From Bdellovibrionales bacterium (GTDB lineage Bacteria; Bdellovibrionota; Bdellovibrionia; Bdellovibrionales; UBA1609): 64,000 nt of DNA. The DNA lies in the NCBI GenBank assembly GCA_965199825.1, contig OZ241329.1:1408001-1472000 (forward strand), in the 5' to 3' direction. This document shows, piece after piece, positions 11,061 through 19,376 of the stretch. A program made the translations under genes and the position numbers. Below the pieces are notes generated by a model. The model saw only the letters and a program-made list of their open reading frames with translations. It searched no databases and had not been told where the DNA came from. Each line of letters begins with the position of its first letter. The first letter of the stretch is position 1.

Positions 11061-12027
11061 ATGCACAAAATTCTATTCGTGATTTTAGTTCTAGTGAACT
11101 CGAGTGCCGTTGCGATGGCAGATCCTGCCAGCCCCCTTGAAACCTTCACTGCGATACTCAACACACAAAAAGATCATCCTCTCAGGCTCGAAGTCAAAAA
11201 GCTCGAGACCAGCGTTGTAACTCATCAAAGCGAATTGCAACTTCTAAAGCAGCAAGCCGAAGCTTTCCAAACAGAAGTCTCAAGCATGAAAGCAGAGATC
11301 GGTTTTCGAGAAAAATATCTTTGGTCATGGGTCGCGGAGATAGTGGGGGGGCGACACACAAAAATTTTTAACTTATAAATCCAATCATGCGACCCTTCAG
11401 GACGTCATCACACAGCTCGACGTAGCTAAACAAAAATTATCCCAGTCGGACAAAAGTGTTGTTACTGCAATTGAGAATTGGCTCGCTGCAAACGATGAAT
11501 CATTTAAAGATCTGCAGGATGAAAGTAAAATCTTTTTTGACGTTGTTTGTGCAGGAGACCGCTGTCTGAATGCAGTCAATAAAGCAATTGCCGATGTTGA
11601 TAAAGCAAAATCAGAGGATCTGATTGCAGGGGCTACCGACAGTAAGTTTTTTGAATTGATCGCTGTTATGGACACAAAAAAAGCCAACGAATCGGTAAAA
11701 AACTTTAGTCAAATTGTAAAAGCCTATCGCGATGCTCTTGATCTTCTAAAAAATGAACTTACAGAGAATCATGGGATCAAAGACGCAGACCACATAAAAA
11801 GTGTGAACTGGGTGTTGCAGTTTGCCGTGGATTTTAATTCAGGAACGAGCTTTATGGATTTTGTAAACGTACTTGCACTTTCAAATGTAAAGGATCAATT
11901 GAATCAATTGAAAATAAAAATAAATGCCACTCACTCACAAATTCAACAAGCCCACAAAAAATTGGCTGCTAAACTAACTGCTATAATTTGTGAGGCCCGT
12001 CAGCTTTGCTCAATAGAGATTCCTTAA
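11061..12027 (+). pseudogene. Secreted coiled-coil protein interrupted by a frameshift at a G7 tract
   Basis: Signal peptide MHKILFVILVLVNSSAVA; downstream frame open from 11344 to 12027; G7 at 11345-11351. Confidence 0.7.
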
Positions 12028-12050
12028 TCGTGTTTACAAATATGAAATAC

Positions 12051-12485
12051 TTAAACCTGTCTCGAATCAAATTCGATCATCCATTCAATTCCATACTTGT
12101 CTCTCAACATAGCGAAGTAAGATCCCCATGGAGATTGCCCAATCGGCATTTCAATTTTTCCGCCAGCAGATAGGCCGTGATATAATTTATCGGCTTCGTT
12201 TTTACTTTCTGCGCTGACTGAAATTTTACTTCGATTTTCATTTTCATTCACTTGGCCCATAAACTTTGGAACGTCGTTGGCCATCAGCATATTGTTTTTG
12301 CCGATCGGTAAAGCAATGTGCATAATTTTGTTCGCCTCATCCTGACCAATATGAGGATGTGGTCCGCTGGGCATATCTTTGAAGCGAACCACTCTTGCGA
12401 ATTCTCCACCAAAAACAGATTTATAAAAATTGAAAGCCTCTTCTGCGTTGCCATTGAAAGCGATGTAAGGATTTATAATAGCCAT
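12051..12485 (-). CDS. VOC/PhnB-family glyoxalase-like protein
   Basis: NPYIAFNGNAEEAFNFYKSVFGG, IMHIAL, WGSYFAMLRDKYGIEW. Confidence 0.93.
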   Translation of the reverse strand: MAIINPYIAFNGNAEEAFNFYKSVFGGEFARVVRFKDMPSGPHPHIGQDEANKIMHIALPIGKNNMLMANDVPKFMGQVNENENRSKISVSAESKNEADKLYHGLSAGGKIEMPIGQSPWGSYFAMLRDKYGIEWMIEFDSRQV

Positions 12486-12825
12486 GGTTTTCCTCTAGAA
12501 AGCCTAAATGAAGGCTCTTGAAAATGACTTTTTCAATTGAAGTTCGCACATCAACAATTTGAATTTATAATACTTAATTTTTCAACGGGTAGTTTTTTAA
12601 GGCTGAAGCTTGGACACGTTTCGCAAGTCGATAAGAAATATCAAGTAAGTGTAAACATAAAATTGTTCACACTTCCAATTTAAGACAAGGAGAATTCGTT
12701 TGGGCATGATGTACCAACTGGTTTCCAGTCCGGATGAATAAGCAATCACAACTGTATTTTAGTCGAGCCCATTTTCTCAAGTCTGTCTCGAAATAAGCCG
12801 ATAGGCGTTTGTAGGGAGCAAGAGG

Positions 12826-14783
12826 GTGGCACTGCGAGTTCTAAAATTGACAACAGGTTTTGCGATATTCGCACTTACTTTTACCCCGCTGTCAGCTTTT
12901 GCTATTCAAGGGCGAGGAAATTCCAAAGTACTCTGCCAAAGTCCGCACGTTGATGCCGAATCTCAAGGCCAAAATTTTTCGGTATTTCTCTGTCAAGCTG
13001 AGCTTGTCGAACTCAGATGCGATGAGTTTTTTAAAACCGATGAAGAGCTTGATGAATTCAAACGGCAATGTCCTCCATCAAAAAAAGAACGGCAGATCAA
13101 CGGCGGAGATTTAGGTGCCGTTTGCCTAGGGCAAATGTTGAATCCCACAATCGCCAGCATTAAAGCTGTCGCGGCATTTATCGCAGCCGGCATGAAAGAA
13201 TCTGCAGAAAATCAGCAACAATTTATAGCGGACTGCAAAGCTTCGCCAGATTTCAAAGCAAAAATTCTTTCGACCATTCGGGATCTCGCAACTTTAAGCA
13301 AAGAACAATCCGCGCAATATTCATGCGAACAACTCGCGGGCGATTTTCAAAATAATCAAAATGATTATCAAGTAAACGATAGAGCCGAAGCTGCTTACAA
13401 AAAATATATAGGTACACCGCACAACGATAGCGAAGCGGTAATAGGAAAAAATCCAATTTCTGCATTCCTCGAATACGATAGCGACAGATGGAGATGCCTA
13501 AATCAGGCAGGACATTATGCAATTCGATGTTCAGAGTTTTTTTCGATCATTGATCCAACACTGCTTATTGGCGGGGCGGGGGCTATATCCAAAGGTCTAA
13601 AACTTGCCAAACTTTTTAAAAAAGCGACTGTTGGAAAAAGCATTGGTAAATTAGCTCACCTCGACTCTGTGCCTCCGATCCCTCGGAGTATTGCGACTCC
13701 CGTTGTAAAACCGAATTTGCGCTCTCTCAGTCCTGACGTTATGAAAAATCTAGAACTAGCGGATTCAGAGCGACTGGCTCAACTCATATCTTTGACTGAC
13801 GGGAATGAGCCTGCATCTCAGGCTCTTATGAAGGCGCATGCATCTGATCCCGCGTCAGGAAATTTAGGTTTTATTGGATCAAAGAAAAAACTCGACTTGG
13901 CAATAGCGGAGCTAGAAAAGTTGGCATCCCTCGAGCTCAAGCAAAAAAATTAGCGGCTGATTGTATCCGCAAAGGTTTATGCGGATCGGCTGAGACTAAA
14001 AGCGTGGCGATAGCTGAGTCTGCCGCCAAACCTGCAGAAATGTCGGCTCATGAACAATATATTCTTCAACATGCAATAGCAAATCAGCGCTACCCCCAAA
14101 CTCAAGGCGGAATTTCCACACAAACACTCGCATACCTTTATCAACAGGATCCTACAAAATACGTTGAAATTCTTGGCCCCGTTACTGACAGTGACGTCAA
14201 GACTCTAGCGACCGCAATGAATCGCGCGCACAAGGCAATGAATATTAAGCATGAGCACGCGCCGGCCATGACAGAAGACATGGTAAGAAAATCAATAAGT
14301 TTGGTAACAAATGACCGGTTAAAAGGCGGATTCGGCGTGATTAAGGGGGCAAATATCTATTCTATCGTGAGGGTCTTCAAAGTTTTTGATCCAGCCTTTG
14401 CAATTAGAGATGCTGATCTATTTCGCAAAACCTTTCCGCATGATGGGACAACATATCTTCAAGTTTATGCGCAATCTCATCCAGAGGTGACTATCAAAGT
14501 TCAAGAACTTGGAAAAGCCTACTCGCGAGCTTTAAATGATCCGGATGTTGCGGAGGCAGCAAAAATTTCTCGAATCCAGTTAAAGAAGGAAATAGATGCT
14601 CCACCTCGCCGTCAAATTTTAACCCGAGCCGGTCCTACCAGCGAAAGCACACCAGAAGAAATCGCCTCGCAACTCAAATTTTCACAGGCCCTCAAGCGAG
14701 CTATTGACCGTGAAGTGGCCAACAGTTTTCCTGAGCTGTCTGCTGCAGATCTTGCCAAACTCGCTCAACTTTATGGGTTATAA
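12826..14783 (+). pseudogene. Cys-rich secreted hypothetical protein split by a probable frameshift (ORFs 12826-13953 and 14004-14783)
   Basis: Signal peptide; second frame is open through the overlap; adding one A to A4 at 13916-13919 gives ELEKVGIPRAQAKKLAADCIRKGLCGS. Confidence 0.6.
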
Positions 14784-14910
14784 ATACAATTTGTTTTTAT
14801 TTGAGTTTGTGCTCTTTGTAGAGGAGTTCGGACGTGATCTTTTAAAGATAACAAATAATATGTTGGTGGGAATGTGAATTGAAAACGTCACCGGGCTTCG
14901 AAAAATAACT

Positions 14911-14994
14911 GCGAGCCAGCCTGAGACGTCATGCTGCCCGCATGCCGCTTCGAACAAAAACTTGAGCTCTGGCGTCCTTTTGTTCGAAGTAAAT
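14911..14994. repeat. Partial copy 1 of ssrA-associated structured repeat
   Basis: GACGTCATGCTGCCCGCATGCCGCTTCGAACAAAAA shared with copies 2 and 3; perfect 12-bp stem 14948-14959/14978-14989. Confidence 0.85.
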
Positions 14995-15016
14995 ATTTTC
15001 TATTTGATACTTTTAA

Positions 15017-15274
15017 CTAACCAGATTTCTTCACATTGAGCTTGGCTTCGAGTCTCTCGACTCTTTCGATAAGACTGACTTCTTGACTCATTGTCTGTTT
15101 TAGCAATGAGTTCATAAGAGTTTGATAGGGAATGCCGCGTCGTTTACCTTCTTTAACAAGCCACTCAAAAACGTCTTCATCGAGACGAAAGGTCTTTTGG
15201 ATTTTATTACCTTTGTTCGTTACAATTGGTCCTTTATGAACTTTGGCTTTAGTAAAATCATATTCTTTCTTCAT
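15017..15274 (-). CDS. brnA: BrnA-family antitoxin
   Basis: MKKEYDF, TFRLDEDVFEWL, GIPYQTLMNSLL; overlaps the upstream brnT. Confidence 0.92.
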   Translation of the reverse strand: MKKEYDFTKAKVHKGPIVTNKGNKIQKTFRLDEDVFEWLVKEGKRRGIPYQTLMNSLLKQTMSQEVSLIERVERLEAKLNVKKSG

Positions 15275-15530
15275 AGAGCTTCCTTTCTTTTTTGGTAGCT
15301 TTCCTGGCCGATATAATTCTGATTGTATCTTGCGTGCGGTAACAATAAACGACAGTCAGCAAATTTAAGTTTTTAGAAAAACCAAGGGCAATAAACCGAT
15401 CCTCCTCATGATCTTTGTCCTCAAGTATCAGTTGCCGCTCAGACTCGAGCACAGTTTGAGCCTCCTCAAAAGAAACCGAATGTTTTTTGAGGTTGGCTTC
15501 AGCCATATTTGGATCCCATATTACAATCAT
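15258..15530 (-). CDS. brnT: BrnT-family ribonuclease toxin
   Basis: WDPNMAEANLKKHSVSFEEA, EDRFIALG, IRIISARKATKKERKLYE. Confidence 0.93.
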   Translation of the reverse strand: MIVIWDPNMAEANLKKHSVSFEEAQTVLESERQLILEDKDHEEDRFIALGFSKNLNLLTVVYCYRTQDTIRIISARKATKKERKLYEERI

Positions 15531-15562
15531 AACTACAATGTAGTGTAAACTACGTTGTAGTT
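15531..15562. promoter_or_regulatory. Inverted repeat, probable BrnTA autoregulatory operator
   Basis: AACTACAATGTAGT-GTAA-ACTACGTTGTAGTT (13 of 14 positions paired) directly upstream of brnT. Confidence 0.65.
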
Positions 15563-15653
15563 ACATACAAAACTGTTTCTAATAATTAAACATGAAAATA
15601 AGATTAAGTTTTACTAGCTATTTTAATGAGACGGCCAGACTACGAAACTTCTT

Positions 15654-15837
15654 CCGCTAGTCAGCCGGTGAACGCCGTCATGCTACCTGCATGCCGCTTC
15701 AAACAAAAACTTAGCCACTGGTGCTTTTTGTGCTCGAAGTAAATCATTCCTGTTCAATTCCCACCGCCACACCAATCGTACAAAAAACAAAAGCCGCGAT
15801 TACTTGAAGCCTTCGAAGATATACAAATTTGTGGAGG
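15654..15837. repeat. Copy 2 of ssrA-associated structured repeat
   Basis: Colinear with 16329-16511; ends in GTGGAGG, matching the ssrA 3' end. Confidence 0.9.
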
Positions 15838-15879
15838 TCTTAAGAATGCACGGTAACCTTTAATTCTAGATCTAAAACA

Positions 15880-16227
15880 CTATTTTTTTTCAATACATTC
15901 GACTGAGTCGACAACTATAAATTTAGAATTTATCTTCGTAAGAATTCCTGGTTTATTTCCAAATATATTTTCTTTGTGTATAGTCGTATAATCAGAAGTC
16001 ACAGCTTTAATAGCTGCATCTACTTCACTTACACCGTCTGAATCGACCTGAATTGAAGTTCTCAAAAAACTCATAAAGCCAGATTGATAAAGCTCGCGGC
16101 CGACAACCTTACAAGAATACTTAACAGATACGTTAGGCAAACTCCTCGCGATCACTTCGCCAGAGATTGCAGCCACTGCCGCGTGACCCATACCCAAACA
16201 CGTCAAAATTAATAAAATTTTATTCAC
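15880..16227 (-). CDS. Small secreted hypothetical protein (cassette between repeat copies 2 and 3)
   Basis: 115 aa, signal MNKILLILTCLGMGHAAVA, two mature Cys. Confidence 0.7.
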   Translation of the reverse strand: MNKILLILTCLGMGHAAVAAISGEVIARSLPNVSVKYSCKVVGRELYQSGFMSFLRTSIQVDSDGVSEVDAAIKAVTSDYTTIHKENIFGNKPGILTKINSKFIVVDSVECIEKK

Positions 16228-16328
16228 TATGAAACTCCAAACCCTTGTGTAGATGCTTTAATTTTTAATATAAACTAATCATATGTACCGTTAGCATTTT
16301 CTGGGCCACTAAAACTCTCAATGCCCTA

Positions 16329-16511
16329 CCGCTAGCCAGCCGGTGAACGACGTCATGCTACCCGCATGCCGCTTCAAACAAAAAGGCGCCACTGGCGCCT
16401 TTTTGCTTGAAGTTAATCGTTCCCGTTCGCTTCCCACCGCCACACCAATCCTACAAAAAACAAAAGCCTCGATTTCTCGAAGCTTTCGTAGGTAAACAAA
16501 ATTGGTGGAGG
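16329..16511. repeat. Copy 3 of ssrA-associated structured repeat, overlapping the tmRNA 3' end
   Basis: Hairpin CTTCAAACAAAAAGGCGCCA-C-TGGCGCCTTTTTGCTTGAAG; inverted tmRNA-end copy at 16425-16449. Confidence 0.9.
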
Positions 16512-16869
16512 CGGTGGGAATCGAACCCACGTCCGCGAGCGATTCACGTTCAGGCGGGCTACACGCTTAGTTTGTGCTTTGGTATGGTCTCAACTCAACT
16601 TCCACAAACACAATTTGCGAAGAGACCTTCTTCAGATTTTTTAAACAACCACCCCTGACGAAAACAAGTGGCCATCGAGATCGCTAAAGTTGCGCCTCAT
16701 CTGCAACACAATCAGATGCAGAATCGACGGCTGAGCTACTAACTAAAAGTTAGGCTGCAGCAAGCATTTGGTTTTCGCCAAATGAAATTTTGCACATTTT
16801 TAAGAGGACCTTGTGCGCCTCTGCATGCTCCTGAAGCTTCACTGCCCACGTCGAAGCCATGTCGCCCCC
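16503..16869 (-). ncRNA. ssrA: tmRNA (transfer-messenger RNA)
   Basis: 5' GGGGGCG pairs with 3' CGCCTCC-ACCA including G3-U; T-arm GTGGG-TTCGATT-CCCAC; internal tag ORF 16779-16750 GENQMLAAA*. Confidence 0.97.
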
Positions 16870-17149
16870 AATATCACTTACCAACCTAGCACGGCCTCAC
16901 TGCCCCGTACAAGGTGCTCTCTTAGTATGGTGTGCCCAGTTCTCGCATCAAGGGTCTGAGCCAATGACTCAAAGGACAGAGCAACACCAAGCCACCCGCA
17001 AGAGAAGATCTTGAACTTGGGGTCGCGCCGCTTGGATGGCGTGATAAAGCGTTTGGAATTCTTTTTTCAAAACCACTCTTTTCTTTGCCTGATCATCCGA
17101 AGACTCTTCTTTTATCGAGATTTCTATAGCAATTTTGCCCAGTTAAATA

Positions 17150-17191
17150 TTTACTAGGTATACCTAGTAAAAGTACTAGATGAATCTAGTA
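17150..17191. promoter_or_regulatory. Two tandem palindromic operator-like sites TACTAG-N6-CTAGTA
   Basis: Perfect 22-bp palindrome at 17150-17171 and TACTAGATGAATCTAGTA at 17174-17191, ending 20 bp upstream of the ATPase start. Confidence 0.6.
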
Positions 17192-17210
17192 AAAAAGGTA
17201 TACTGGTTTT

Positions 17211-18362
17211 ATGGATCAAAAAATAGAAGTCTCATTCATCAAAAATCTTCGTCAGAACCTCAAGGAAGATGACCAATTTGTTCAAGTCATTCTTGGTCCA
17301 AGGCAGGTTGGAAAGACGACGGGAATATTAGCTTTTCTCGAAGCACATAAAAAACCATCGCTTTATTTTACCTCGGACGAGCAGTTGGCACCGACAGGAG
17401 CTTGGATAATTTCTATTTGGCAAGAGGCGGTATTAAAAGATTCACAATGTTTGCTTGTGATAGATGAAATCCAAAAAGTCCCTGATTGGTCTAGTACAAT
17501 TAAGGCGCTTTTTGATAAACAAAAAAGAGTCAAGCAATCCAACATCCAACTTATCCTTCTTGGCTCAAGCTCACTTCATATTCATCAAGGTCTCACAGAA
17601 AGTTTAGCAGGTCGTTTTCAACTCATCCGCGCACATCATTGGGATTATCCAAAAAGTAAACAGTTGGTGTCTCTGGATGTTGAAAAGTTTGTTCGTTACG
17701 GTGGATATCCCGGGTCGTATCCTCTTCTGGACAATTTAGAAATGTGGCAAAGTTATATACATGATTCGATTATTGAAGCTGTGATCGGAAAAGATATTCT
17801 CCAAATTGCACGTGTCTCAAAACCAGCGCTTTTTCGTCAAGCTTTCAAAATTTTAATGTCCTATCCTGCCCAGGACATTAGCTATACCAAATTGCTTGGA
17901 CAACTTCAGGACAAAGGAAATACCGATTTAATAAAATATTACATCGAACTCTATAGAGGTGCTTTCCTTATCGAACCGATACATAAATTCTCAGGCAAAG
18001 CTGTGCTGACTCGCACGTCATCTCCCAAACTGATCCCAATGTGCGGTGCTCTTATTGATCGAAGTGTTATAGACACACAAAGTGGTTTTGGAAGAGCAGT
18101 TGAGGCAGCAGTGGGAGCAGTCCTTATACAAAATGGGTTTACAGTTGAGTACTGGCGAGACGGAGATCAAGAGGTCGACTACGTTACAACAAACAATAAA
18201 ATTGTTTATGCGATTGAGGTCAAATCAGGCAGATCACGATCGTCAAAGGGCATGGACACATTTCTCAAGCTGAATCCAAGGGTAAGGCCGGTTTACATTT
18301 CTGAATCCACACTTGAATTGTTTTTAATTGATCCCAAAAAATACTTGGCCAAGATAAATTAG
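17211..18362 (+). CDS. AAA+ ATPase (AAA_14) with C-terminal DUF4143 PD-(D/E)xK-like domain
   Basis: GPRQVGKTT, IDEIQK, LGSSS, ESLAGRF, YGGYP, YWRDGDQEVDYV, IEVKSG. Confidence 0.92.
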   Translation: MDQKIEVSFIKNLRQNLKEDDQFVQVILGPRQVGKTTGILAFLEAHKKPSLYFTSDEQLAPTGAWIISIWQEAVLKDSQCLLVIDEIQKVPDWSSTIKALFDKQKRVKQSNIQLILLGSSSLHIHQGLTESLAGRFQLIRAHHWDYPKSKQLVSLDVEKFVRYGGYPGSYPLLDNLEMWQSYIHDSIIEAVIGKDILQIARVSKPALFRQAFKILMSYPAQDISYTKLLGQLQDKGNTDLIKYYIELYRGAFLIEPIHKFSGKAVLTRTSSPKLIPMCGALIDRSVIDTQSGFGRAVEAAVGAVLIQNGFTVEYWRDGDQEVDYVTTNNKIVYAIEVKSGRSRSSKGMDTFLKLNPRVRPVYISESTLELFLIDPKKYLAKIN

Positions 18363-18589
18363 GGGCGCCATTCAATTCACTTGTGACTGGGGAACCATCT
18401 GCCGAATGAACTGGAGCTTTTCACACGCCGTTAAATGAGTAAGAGTTTGAGGTGCTGCTCACAAGAGGCTTGAGCAACCAAAATTCTAAACAAAAATTTA
18501 CTTTCCGTACACACCCGCAAAGAGTATTTTGACTGCCAACTTCGGATTTTAACTTGTTAAATCAGAGATAGGATTTAAAAAATTTAAAA

Positions 18590-19264
18590 TTACGATACCG
18601 GTACCTCGAGCGGGACTAGGTAGGTCTTCATCACTCCGCCCCCTTCACATTTCTCGTGGCTGTCAGATTCGACCTCGACAAAGTCCTCACCTGTGCTCTC
18701 TTCATGAATCAAACGGTACTCGTTGGTATTTGCTTGGATCCTCGATGGGCCCAGCGATGAGGCTGGCCTAAAATTACGAAATCTGGCCCTGGGTTCCTGC
18801 TGCTGCACTTCTTCTCTAAGAGTGCGCCCCATCTCCCACATGTTTTTGATGGTGCCGCCAACCGATCTCAGGCTTTCACCTGACTCATCAAAGGTTACCG
18901 TCGCAAAAACATCGTCGGCGCCAGAAAGATTCATAGTTTTTTGTTGAGTACTACTCAACGGTCTTTGGCCACACAAAAAAACCAGCAACCATCTATGCTG
19001 GTGCAAAAGACTTAGAAACTCTGGCACCTCAACAGGTGGATCTGGATCTGAAAATTGAAATTTTTCGGGGCAAGTTGGATGTCGAATGAGGTGAGAGTCG
19101 CGAGGGATTACACATTCGGCAAGCGTATCACCTAACTTTATTTGCTTTTCTGAATCAACAAAAGTAGCTAGGCGATAGAAGACATTTATAGGGCTTGAAT
19201 GAATGTTACAGTTTGCCAAACCGGCAAACGCTTTTAAGTGCAATAAAAATAGAATTGCTAGCAT
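18590..19264 (-). CDS. Secreted hypothetical protein
   Basis: 224-aa ORF with signal peptide ending AFA; several Cys. Confidence 0.6.
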   Translation of the reverse strand: MLAILFLLHLKAFAGLANCNIHSSPINVFYRLATFVDSEKQIKLGDTLAECVIPRDSHLIRHPTCPEKFQFSDPDPPVEVPEFLSLLHQHRWLLVFLCGQRPLSSTQQKTMNLSGADDVFATVTFDESGESLRSVGGTIKNMWEMGRTLREEVQQQEPRARFRNFRPASSLGPSRIQANTNEYRLIHEESTGEDFVEVESDSHEKCEGGGVMKTYLVPLEVPVS

Positions 19265-19376
19265 AACTTATTTTATATTCTAAAGAGCACAAGACAAGTC
19301 CATATCACTTCCTACGCCACCTTTTAAGACGCTGCTCACCTCAAGTATGAGCAGCAAAACTCGATTGAATCTCAAA

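Noticed and set aside
14911..16420. Repeat hairpins as integron attC sites
   Set aside because: No consistent RYYYAAC...GTTRRRY core ends and no intI in the window.
16318..16658. ORFs 16318-16530 and 16407-16658
   Set aside because: They overlap the tmRNA and its repeat; shadow ORFs.
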